Origin: Octopus bimaculoides
Taxonomy: Eukaryota
NCBI RefSeq assembly: GCF_001194135.2
Contig: NC_068983.1
Location: forward strand, 80,979,515 to 81,043,514
Direction: 5' to 3'
Length of the DNA stretch: 64,000 nucleotides
Below, one piece after another: positions 23,500 to 33,325 of the stretch. Position 1 is the first letter of the stretch. Every line of letters starts with the position of its first letter. The notes under the pieces are model-generated. The model saw only the letters and a program-made list of their open reading frames with translations. It had not been told where the DNA came from and ran no database searches. The position numbers and the translations under genes were made by a program.

Positions 23500-25460
23500 G
23501 AACCCAGTAGCAACATAACATCTCCCATCAACGATATATAAAATATCATTGACTATTCAGGAACTGATATCGCAAATAGCCTGTGGGCTTATTGCTGTAA
23601 ACCTTCATAGTGCTGTTTCAGGAACAGCTAAATCTGAAGTTATGTAGATTTTCTGAAATAAAGATGGTAATTTAATGGTTCATGACATGAATGTTAGTGA
23701 AGATGATTGTGGTTTCTAATAGCTAATGACCATTTATGCCTCAACAGGAGCCCAAAGCTGGATTTCTTTAGACATCTAGAAGCATTTTTAGGAAAATCTC
23801 ACTTATTAGTATCAGTGGATAATTAGAATAACATCTTGGTTATTCACAGAGATTGATTACATTCAAGATGCAATTCTAAGCATCTATTGTTCTGATAGGA
23901 GAGAGAAAGTGTAAAAGCTTCAAAAACTTGTTTAGACAGTTCTAAATCTTTGCCTTAATTTCCTTAATGCACTGATGTGAATTTGGATAAACAATCATTA
24001 AACGTGGCATAAGGTACTCATACTTTCAGGCAGTTGCCTACCAAAAAATTCATGATGTGTTCAGTCAACTTAGATGAAGCTAATAGGCAAAGGCTCAGTT
24101 ACTGGAAACTGAACAGCTTATTTCCTACCATGGAAAGGTTTCAGGATGTGGATTACTGAATTAGTTAAATAGGCATTGATAGGAGCAAGAGCATCATCAA
24201 TGACAGGTGGTAGGTTTTACTAGGAAGAAAAATAAGAACAGCATGTATTCTCTTTTGAAAAGAAACAACAGAAAATAGTAAACATGAGCTAGTAAATCAA
24301 CAAGAAGAGGTACATAGAAGATGCTTTGCAAATAAGGAGTAAAGAGAGAGAGATGGTCTTTTGATCATTTTTTTCAAAGTGAAACACAAAATATGAATTG
24401 TTCATGCCTGAATTCATGCATCGAACATAAGAGCATGAAAGCCGTTTGAAAGGACTGACTGATAGAGGGACAACATGACATCAAGGCCACTCTTTGATCT
24501 CTGATGAATTACAAAGAGCCTGTGCTCCCCAACTCCATGTAGATACATGCTATTTTTCATCAGTAATGACTTTACCAAACTTTTGATATGGAGTAACATA
24601 TTGGGGAAGATGGAATTTGATGCTTAACTTGGTGGTTTACCATGACTTTTGACCAAAAATGAAGAGTAGTGCCAAAAGTAAACTGATGCGATTGAATGGA
24701 CTGTTGTACAAGTTTTATTGTTACATGCTAGAGTTGTTTGATATAGCCTTGGCAGCTGTCTACTGAAGCTGCTAGTGAACTAGGAACATTCCCAGTTGCA
24801 TGAAGCAGGGAATGGAGACTTTGTTAAGGAAGGACACAAACAATGTAGATGTAATAGACAATTTCAAGCCTATTATTCTGAATTAAAGATTTTGGTAAAG
24901 TTGCTCGCCAAATAAATGGTTGGTGCTTGACAATGGTGATGTAATTAGAGATGCAAAAACTTGTGCAATATCCAGCAGATTTATTTACAACAAATGCTAT
25001 CTCATATTGTACATTGCAAACCAGGTTAGTGGGAGTTTCAACAGTTTGCATCAATTTTACAAAAGGTCTGACCATCTCTAACTGGCAGCTATCCTAAGAG
25101 CAATCTGCTTTGGTCCTATCATCCATGGCTGGATCAGTACAATGTGTAGCAGCATCTGTCCAATTGCTAAGCTAAATGCCACTTATCAAAATCACTTTGT
25201 GTTGTGGGTTTTGTCTATCAAAGATTCCTTGTCACCTCTTTCCTATGTGTTTTGGCACAGGAGTCATTGTTGTGATGGCCGGGCAGAGGTGGCTATTACC
25301 TACACTATACTTGGATGGGTACCACTCCTTGAATATTGTGTCTTGTCTCATTAAATACCTGATCATCCTGGAGCATGAGCTATTTTGCTTCTTGTGGAAG
25401 AGACAGGTTGTGCTGGTCAGAAAATCCATCTGTTACTAACTGGCCCTTATGAGTTGGCAT
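23500..25460 (+). mobile_element. Tx1/L1-group LINE ORF2 remnant (APE endonuclease, RT, thumb)
   Basis: Ordered motifs: MTIYASTG, DFFRHLEAFLGKSHLLVSVDN*N, YWKLNS, LNGLLYKFY, TLLRKD...DNFKPI, AKTCAISSR, LAAILRAICFGPIIHGWI, LSPLSYV, then directly LIILEHELFCFLWK. Many stops; the YADD region is deleted. Confidence 0.85.
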
Positions 25461-25516
25461 AACTCAAAAAGGTAACTTTGCTTTTACAATGCTTTGGTCA
25501 GCCTGGAACAGTAATA

Positions 25517-25998
25517 CAGGGTGTTCAAAAAGTCTCTCTGCAGTGATTTTTTTTTTAGCAATTTTAAGAAAGCATATTGTAGGACCAATATTTTTTGAAG
25601 ACACTGAGAGCTGTTGCTCAAATATTGTCGATCCATTTGTAGGCCAACTCACTGAAAGTGAAATTAATAATGCATACTTTCAACAAGATGGAGTTACAGC
25701 ACATACTTTGCACATCACCATGACGCTACTTCAAGAGTTTTTCAGTGAATGGATCGTTTCAAAGGGACTTTGGCCACCAAAATCACCTGATTTAATACCA
25801 CCAGGCATTTTTTTTCTGGGGAGCAAGCAAAGGATCAGTGTACAAGAATCACTCGAAAACCATTAATGAGCTAAAAGATGCAATCATAACCTTCACACGG
25901 TCCACACTGCATCAGACTCTCCAAGATGTATTTCAGGACATGTGTAGAAGAGTCAATTTATGTATTGAAAATGAAGGATGACACTTTCAACACCTCTG
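25517..25998 (+). mobile_element. Tc1/mariner deletion derivative (left TIR fused to C-terminal half of transposase)
   Basis: TA-CAGGGTGTTCAAAAAGTC terminus; IVGPIFF...YFQQDGVTAHT...WPPKSPDLIPPG(D)IFF/WGASKGSVYKN...ELKDAI...CIENEG*HFQHL. Confidence 0.88.
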
Positions 25999-26085
25999 TA
26001 GAAGATTCTTGCCCAAGTTTCCAAGCAGTAGGACTGAACCCTGAACCATATGGTTGGGAAGCAAACTTCTTAACCACACATCCAT
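25998..26085 (-). mobile_element. SINE family B head plus partial core
   Basis: Reverse strand GGATGTGTGGTTAAGAAGTTTGCTTCCCAACCATATGGTTCAGGGTTCAGTCCTACTG...TTGGGCAAGAATCTTCTAC. Confidence 0.8.
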
Positions 26086-26544
26086 TCTATTCCTATAGCT
26101 ATGTCTGCACCTATTACATGCACATATATTTAAAATGTGTACAATATTCTGTGTTTTTCTTTTCGTTTGACAGTTGAGTTACTACTAATTTACTGCGAGG
26201 GACTTCTTTACAGGCTGTGCAACTTATTATTGTATGAAGATTGCTTTTCACAGCATATATAATGTGTGCATTTTGCTATTGTTATTCAATGGTTTTATAT
26301 AGACTATGTGTAATGGTCTTATTCTTGTCCTTTTATATTTATCAAACATAATGCACCAACAATTAATAGTATTATCATTTTGTGCTGTCATTCACTATCT
26401 GTAAGATTCTTTCTATTTCAAGGACATTGTACTTTGATTAGTTTTCTATCTTTTGGAAGCTACTATATTCTACAGTATTGATTTCTTCAAAACATTTTTT
26501 CTACATACATTATCATTCAACCTTTACACAAATTCTATTGTGTC

Positions 26545-27566
26545 CTCTTCCTTCTGTCCTCTCCTCCTCTTCTGCTCCCTCCCCCTCCTCCTCTTCTGTT
26601 CCTTCCTCCTCCTCCCCTTCTGTTTCCTCCTCCTCCTCCTCCCCTTCTTCTCCCTCCTCCCCTTCTTCTCCCTCCTCCCCTTCTGTTCCCTCCTCCTCCC
26701 CTTCTGTTCCCTCCTCCCCCCTTCTGTTTNNNNNNNNNNNNNNNNNNNNNNNNNNNNNNNNNNNNNNNNNNNNNNNNNNNNNNNNNNNNNNNNNNNNNNN
26801 NNNNNNNNNNNNNNNNNNNNNNNNNNNNNNNNNNNNNNNNNNNNNNNNNNNNNNNNNNNNNNNNNNNNNNNNNNNNNNNNNNNNNNNNNNNNNNNNNNNN
26901 NNNNNNNNNNNNNNNNNNNNNNNNNNNNNNNNNNNNNNNNNNNNNNNNNNNNNNNNNNNNNNNNNNNNNNNNNNNNNNNNNNNNNNNNNNNNNNNNNNNN
27001 NNNNNNNNNNNNNNNNNNNNNNNNNNNNNNNNNNNNNNNNNNNNNNNNNNNNNNNNNNNNNNNNNNNNNNNNNNNNNNNNNNNNNNNNNNNNNNNNNNNN
27101 NNNNNNNNNNNNNNNNNNNNNNNNNNNNNNNNNNNNNNNNNNNNNNNNNNNNNNNNNNNNNNNNNNNNNNNNNNNNNNNNNNNNNNNNNNNNNNNNNNNN
27201 NNNNNNNNNNNNNNNNNNNNNNNNNNNNNNNNNNNNNNNNNNNNNNNNNNNNNNNNNNNNNNNNNNNNNNNNNNNNNNNNNNNNNNNNNNNNNNNNNNNN
27301 NNNNNNNNNNNNNNNNNNNNNNNNNNNNNNNNNNNNNNNNNNNNNNNNNNNNNNNNNNNNNNNNNNNNNNNNNNNNNNNNNNNNNNNNNNNNNNNNNNNN
27401 NNNNNNNNNNNNNNNNNNNNNNNNNNNNNNNNNNNNNNNNNNNNNNNNNNNNNNNNNNNNNNNNNNNNNNNNNNNNNNNNNNNNNNNNNNNNNNNNNNNN
27501 NNNNNNNNNNNNNNNNNNNNNNNNNNNNNNNNNNNTCTGCTCCCTCCTCCTCCTCCTCCTCCTCCT
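26545..27566. repeat. Pyrimidine-strand minisatellite (~18-21 bp unit CTTCTGTTCCCTCCTCCTCCC) spanning a gap
   Basis: Units visible at 26545-26729 and again at 27536-27566. Confidence 0.9.
26730..27535. other. Assembly gap
   Basis: Run of N. Confidence 1.
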
Positions 27567-27590
27567 GAACAAAACAACCATTATTATTAA

Positions 27591-27639
<49 letters not shown>

Positions 27640-27641
<2 letters not shown>

Positions 27642-27862
27642 GGCATTGAACCACCAGAATCATTAGCATGCCTGGCAAAATGCTTAGGGGCAATTCATCC
27701 ATTCTTATATTGTGAGTTCAAATTCTGCTGAGGTCAACTTTGCCTTTCATCTTTTTGGGGTTGACAAATTAAGTACCAATTGAGAACTGGAGTCATGTAA
27801 TCGACTTGTCCCCTTCACAAAATTTCAGGCCTTGTACCTTTAGTAGAAAGGATTATTATTAC
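27640..27862 (+). mobile_element. tRNA-derived SINE, family A
   Basis: Follows (TTA)n; CAGAATCATTAGC, GAGTTCAAAT, tail TAGTAGAAAGGATTATTATT. Confidence 0.9.
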
Positions 27863-27867
27863 TATTA

Positions 27868-28426
27868 TTGAGTGAGAGAGTAGTGCATGCCATCAAAGTG
27901 ACATTGGGGTAAACACATACAAAACCTAGTATACCCATCATGACTACCTGTCTGATAAGGGTACACTAGGCACATGCATTACAACCATATGTGCATGACA
28001 TGGTGATCTCATATTAAGACTTGCAGGTGGGGCCCAGTTAGAATTTTCTTCAGGTCAAGTAGCCCATCCCGCTCAAAAAGTCCCTGAATATGAGTCAAGG
28101 ATGTTGAATGAAACACCCATGTTTCCAGAGGTGAATTATTCAAACCCCAAAGAATTCCCCTCAACACATGGCTATGATGCTCCCTCACTACTTCTGCTCG
28201 TGATCAGAGATGCACATATCATCAGCCACTAAGGGACATGCTCAACTGATTGAAGTCAAACAACTGACAAGCAGATATGTGGTATTGAGCAAAATATTTA
28301 CTGTAACCCATCTTTTATACCAAGACAAAACAATGTGCATGATAACACCTCCAATCAGTTAAGATGAGAAGCCATGAGAGCCAATGCCTGGTACTGCAAC
28401 AGGGCAAGCCACTGCCTGGTACTGCA
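27868..28426 (-). mobile_element. Unclassified ~560-bp element bounded by (TTA)n
   Basis: GC-richer non-coding block sharply bounded by TTA tracts; no tRNA-type head, TIRs or recognisable ORF; single copy in the window; strand inferred from the (AAT)n tail. Confidence 0.55.
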
Positions 28427-28442
28427 TTATTATTATCATTTT

Positions 28443-29060
28443 GTCAGTGAGCTGGCAGACTAATTAGTGCATCAGACAAGATGCTTAGCTGCATTCCTTC
28501 CAGCTTTTTACATTCTGAGTTCAAGTTCTGCTGAAGTCAACTTCTTTTTACATCCTTTCAGGGTTGATAAAATAAGCATCAGTTATACTCTGGGGGTTGA
28601 TACAACTGACTTACACTCTGCCTTAAGTTGTTGGTCTTGTACTAAAGTTAGAAAGAATTATTACTATTACTAAGGTAGTAAGCTTGCAGAATTATAGGAA
28701 TGTTGGACAAAATGCTTTGTGATATTTTTCTGGATTGTTATGTTCTGAATTCAAATCCTGCTGAGGTTACCTTTGCCTTTCATCCTAAATTACTGGCCTT
28801 GTGCCAAATTTTGAAACCTTTATTATTATCATTATTAAGGCAGTGAGCTAGCGGAATTGTTAGCATGCCGGGTGAAATGCTTAGTGGTATTTAGTCTGTC
28901 TTCATGTTTTCAGTTCAGATTCTGCCACAGTTGACTTTACCTTTCATCTTTTTGGAGTTGATAAATTAAATAACAGTGGAACACTGGGGTCGATGTAATT
29001 GACCAGTTCCCTCCCCCAAAATGTCAGGCCTTGTGCCTTTAGGAGAAAGGATTATTATTA
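28443..29060 (+). mobile_element. Three head-to-tail family A SINEs (28443-28668, 28672-28830 internally deleted, 28837-29060)
   Basis: Each has A-box/B-box-like motifs and the CCTTGTG(C) tail; joined by short (TTA)n linkers. Confidence 0.9.
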
Positions 29061-29095
29061 TCATTATTATCATAGAAGAAATCATTATCATTTTT

Positions 29096-29382
29096 ATTAT
29101 GTTTTGGCTTTGCTTTAATTTATATGAGTTGTACCCAAGTCTCAACCGGAGATGTTCAGGTACAACAAGGTTTTGCATCTGAAGATGCTAATAGGTGAGG
29201 TGCCATACAATTGAAAACATTGATGTGTGTAGGAGAGAGAAAAAAAACAGAATGAGAAAGGTTTCCTTTACATGGAGAGGAATTTACATAGAATATGTGA
29301 AGTATTGATATGTATGATCTTTCAAAATTCACTTAATTTGGGGTGCCAGAGATTTGGTCTATATATTTGTTTGCTCCACTTG
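29096..29382 (-). mobile_element. R4/Dong-type LINE extreme 3' end
   Basis: KWSKQIYRPNLWHPKLSEF*KIIHINTSHILCKFLSM* (stop 29270-29268), colinear with ...IQKIALLGTAHILRKTLSI* of the neighbour; 3' UTR then AAT-rich tail. Confidence 0.7.
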
Positions 29383-29414
29383 ATATTATTATCATCATTA
29401 TTATTATTATTATT

Positions 29415-30695
29415 CAGTAGTTTTATTTTTATACCGTGCTTTCACTTCACTACCGAGCGCAGCTCTGTGTGCCTTGGGTATGTGCTGTGGTTTGCTGTGA
29501 TGCTCTTATGGTTACTATATTGAAAGTGTTTTGCGTAGGATGTGTGCAGTGCCTAGTAGTGCAATTTTCTGTATGTTATATATATTTGTAAGTCCTGGTG
29601 TTTTTGTTATGTATTTGTCTGAATATTTTTTTATTATACCTAAGGCACCTACTATGATAGGAATTGTTTCTGTTTTTAGATTCCACATTCAAGTTACCTC
29701 TATTTCCAGGTCTTTGTATTTTGAAAGTTTTTCCATTTCTTTTCGGGAANNNNNNNNNNNNNNNNNNNNNNNNNNNNNNNNNNNNNNNNNNNNNNNNNNN
29801 NNNNNNNNNNNNNNNNNNNNNNNNNNNNNNNNNNNNNNNNNNNNNNNNNNNNNNNNNNNNNNNNNNNNNNNNNNNNNNNNNNNNNNNNNNNNNNNNNNNN
29901 NNNNNNNNNNNNNNNNNNNNNNNNNNNNNNNNNNNNNNNNNNNNNNNNNNNNNNNNNNNNNNNNNNNNNNNNNNNNNNNNNNNNNNNNNNNNNNNNNNNN
30001 NNNNNNNNNNNNNNNNNNNNNNNNNNNNNNNNNNNNNNNNNNNNNNNNNNNNNNNNNNNNNNNNNNNNNNNNNNNNNNNNNNNNNNNNNNNNNNNNNNNN
30101 NNNNNNNNNNNNNNNNNNNNNNNNNNNNNNNNNNNNNNNNNNNNNNNNNNNNNNNNNNNNNNNNNNNNNNNNNNNNNNNNNNNNNNNNNNNNNNNNNNNN
30201 NNNNNNNNNNNNNNNNNNNNNNNNNNNNNNNNNNNNNNNNNNNNNNNNNNNNNNNNNNNNNNNNNNNNNNNNNNNNNNNNNNNNNNNNNNNNNNNNNNNN
30301 NNNNNNNNNNNNNNNGTTTCCCTTGCTTCTGGAGTAGATATTTTTGCAATCCTATGGTGGTTATTTTATAATAGTTTTCCAGCTGTATAAGACCACTGCC
30401 ACCTTCTGTGCATTGTATATATAGCCTTTCTATGTCAGATTTTGGGTGGTGCATCCTATATCCTGTCATTATTTTTCTTGTTTTCCTGCCTATTTTAGAT
30501 AGTTCGTTTAGCGTCCAGTTAAGGATATTGTAGCTGTAACTTATAACTGGGACAGCTAAAGTGTTAATACCTATCATCTTGTTTTTAGCCTTGAGCTCTG
30601 TTTTTAGTATTGATCTAACTCGTCTATAGTACTCTTTCTTTATTTTTTCTTTCATTTGTGTGTGTTGTATCCTATCTAGTTCATTGACTCCTAAA

Positions 30696-30697
<2 letters not shown>
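29415..30697 (-). mobile_element. R4/Dong-type RLE LINE, 5' truncated, interrupted by a gap
   Basis: YLGVNELDRIQHTQMKEKIKKEYYRRVRSILKTEL...MHHPKSDIERLY...GGSGLIQLE; after the gap KLSKYKDLEIEVT*MWNLKTETIPIIVGALG...LLGTAHILRKTLSI* (TAG 29517-29515); (TAA)n on both sides. Confidence 0.92.
29750..30316. other. Assembly gap inside the LINE
   Basis: Run of N. Confidence 1.
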
Positions 30698-30726
<29 letters not shown>

Positions 30727-30742
30727 GTTAATATTACAATTA

Positions 30743-31395
30743 TTAGCATGCCAAGCAAAATGCATTGCAGTATTTCGATTTCGTCCATCTTCCCATTCTG
30801 AGTTCAAATTCTGCCAAGGTCGACTTTGCCTTTCATCCTTTCATGATTGATAAATTAAGTACCAGTTGTGTACTGGGTCGATGTAATTGACTGGCTCCCT
30901 TCCCCAAAATTTTGGGCCTTGTGCCTAGAGTAGAAAAGATTATTATTATTATTATTATTATTATTAAGGCAGCAAGCTGACAGAATCATTAGCATGCCAG
31001 GCAAAATCCTTTGCAGCATTTCATCCGTCTTCCCATTCTGAGTTCAAATTCTGCTATGGTTGACTTTGACTTTTATCCTTTCAGGGTTGATTAAATAAAT
31101 ACCAGTTGCCCACTGGGATTGATGTAATTGACTTAATCCCTTCCCCCAAATTTGAGGCCTTGTGCTTCCAGTAGGAAGGATTATTATTATTAAGACCATG
31201 AACTGACAGAATCGTTACCATGTTGGGTAAAATGCTTAGTGATATCTCACCTACCTTCACATTCTGAGTTCAAATTCTGCTGAAGTTGACGTTGCCTTCC
31301 AACCTTTTGGAGTTAATAAAATAAGTACCAGTTGATATAATCGATTTACCACTACCCCTAAACTTATTCGTCTTGTGCCAAACTTTGAAATCATT
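30743..31395 (+). mobile_element. Three head-to-tail family A SINEs (30743-30945 5' truncated, 30966-31190, 31192-31395)
   Basis: Each contains CTGAGTTCAAATTCTGC and a CTTGTGC tail, separated by (TTA)n. Confidence 0.92.
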
Positions 31396-31415
31396 ATTAT
31401 TATTATTATTATTAT

Positions 31416-31447
<32 letters not shown>

Positions 31448-31448
31448 A

Positions 31449-31500
<52 letters not shown>

Positions 31501-31501
31501 T
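31391..31501. repeat. Compound microsatellite (TTA)n(GTA)n
   Basis: Directly visible. Confidence 0.98.
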
Positions 31502-32132
31502 GTGGGTATTATGCATAAACTCACTTGAAAATGTTTTGCTCTCCTTCATAACAGAGTGAAGCTCTTACATCTTTCATGGTTTTCAACGAGCTTTAGCATC
31601 CAGTCATTAGATGTTTCAAGATATTTTGTCAGTCCAATTGTGGTGGTTTTGCAGGAGATTTCAAATTGGATCAAGCTTCGACCGCCTTGAGCTCAGGGTA
31701 GGTAAAGACGATCTGCATCTGCCTTTGGGTGGTGTATCTTATTGCAAGTCAGCAGCTCACGGATTTTCCTGTAAATCTTCCTTATTTCGTTCATATTTCA
31801 GATCAACACATTGAAACTGTAAATAACATCCAGGATTGCTAAGGAATTTATAGCTAACACCTTGTTATGTGCATTTAACTCGGATTTTAGGACTGCTCGA
31901 ACTCCCCTGTAACACCCCTCCCTGATCTTCTCTTTCATACTTGCATGCTGAATGCCAGGACCCACATTTATTCCGAGGTATTTGTAAGTTTGTTCCAGCT
32001 TCAGTTCTTTTATGACTATGTCAACATTCAACACCACTGAATGTAAGGTCTTCTATTTCCCTTTCTGGAAAGAGGCCTTGACACATTTATCAAAACCAAA
32101 TTCCATCCCAATTTCATTACAATGCTTTCACA
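31502..32132 (-). mobile_element. R4/Dong-type LINE internal RT/thumb fragment
   Basis: CNEIGMEFGFDKC, TYKYLGIN, MKEKIREGCYRGVRAVLKSELNAHNKVLAINSLA, KIHHPKADADRLYLP*AQGGRSLIQ, TTTIGLTKYL; frameshifted. Confidence 0.9.
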
Positions 32133-32251
32133 GTATGTATGTATGTATGTATGTATGTATGCATTTTTTTATTTTTATAGTTTCAGCTTAGTGCTGCGGC
32201 CATGCTGATGCACCGCCGTGTATGTATGTATGTATGTATGTATGTATGTAT

Positions 32252-32311
<60 letters not shown>
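32133..32311. repeat. (GTAT)n and (TTA)n tracts enclosing a SINE B tail fragment (about 32172-32220, minus)
   Basis: TTTCAGCTTAGTGCTGCGGCCATGCTGATGCACCGCC matches the family B 3' end. Confidence 0.8.
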
Positions 32312-32314
<3 letters not shown>

Positions 32315-32559
32315 GCTATATCAGTTAGCAGGGATGTTGTCATGAGGTTTGTGGATGACAAATTTTCTCAGATTTGAAGGATCTCAGGATTCTTGCAAAA
32401 AAAAATTGTTAGATTTGCGAGAGCCTTGAATAGAATACCTCTCAGTATTCACTCCCATTCTCTGCATGCTATAATTGTTGTAATATACAATACAGATGTT
32501 GACTTCTGAAACTGGGAAATATTTGGTGGTGGATCAGCAGAATCAGTGGAGCAGTGGAC

Positions 32560-32810
32560 TTGCATTATTAAGTCACTTCCCTTTATGTTCTGAGTGCAAA
32601 CCTTACCAAGGGAAACTTTGCCATTTATCAATCCAGAATTAATAAAACAAGTATCAGTAAAGTATCAAACAATTATACTTGTAATATGATATTGGTTTAA
32701 AATTTTGGCACAAGGCCAGCAAATTTGTTGGAGGGGGTAAGATAATTATATTGACCCTCAAAGGGATGAAAGGTAAAGTTGACTCTGGTAGAATTTGAAC
32801 TAATAATGTA
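32560..32810. mobile_element. Two degenerate family A fragments in opposite orientation (about 32560-32650 +, 32690-32810 -)
   Basis: TTCTGAGTGCAAACC...TTTGCCATTTATC and TTTTGGCACAAGGCC...GATGAAAGGTAAAGTTGACTCTGGTAGAATTTGAACT. Confidence 0.7.
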
Positions 32811-33232
32811 ATATTGTTGACATAACTATATGTCTTCTCAAAAAAATCTTATACCAATGTTAAAGATCTTTATTGTTGGCATCATCTTTCTTGCTGGCTA
32901 TTTTCTTTCTGAGACTCTCTCTTTTAAGTTTATGGACAAGCAGTACAAGAAGACATTCTTCAACTGTGTATTCTTCTCTTGATTATTTTTTCAAAATGTT
33001 CTTTTTTAAAAGAGATATAATTACATACCTAAAACTTTCCTACTTCTTTTTTCTTTTAACATTTCACTGTGGTGAGTTAAATGCATTCATTTCCAATAAA
33101 TGCAACACCTGGTCGTTGCTGCACATGCTTGTTGAATATTTTCAAAGTATTTTTACCAAAGTATTCTTTTAAATACTCCACTGAATGAATCAAGAAGCAA
33201 ACCTTTTGGAGCTTACTCAATCTGTTCGAGAC

Positions 33233-33325
33233 AGCAGTCAGCTTGCCTGAAAATCACATCCTACCATTTTAAAAAACTGATATATAAGGTAAAGTAGTCT
33301 GGAGGACAATATGCCTGAAAAAAAT
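33233..33325 (-). repeat. Family C fragment
   Basis: Reverse strand TTTTTTCAGGCATATTGTCCTCCAGACTAC...AAAATGGTAGGATGTGATTTT colinear with 22770-22870. Confidence 0.55.

Noticed and set aside
26453-27702. Five 350-390 aa ORFs
   Set aside because: They consist of N run plus minisatellite translation and are not genes.
27586-32311. Repeat-spacer-like regularity resembling a CRISPR array
   Set aside because: The units are SINEs and LINE fragments joined by microsatellites in a eukaryotic context.
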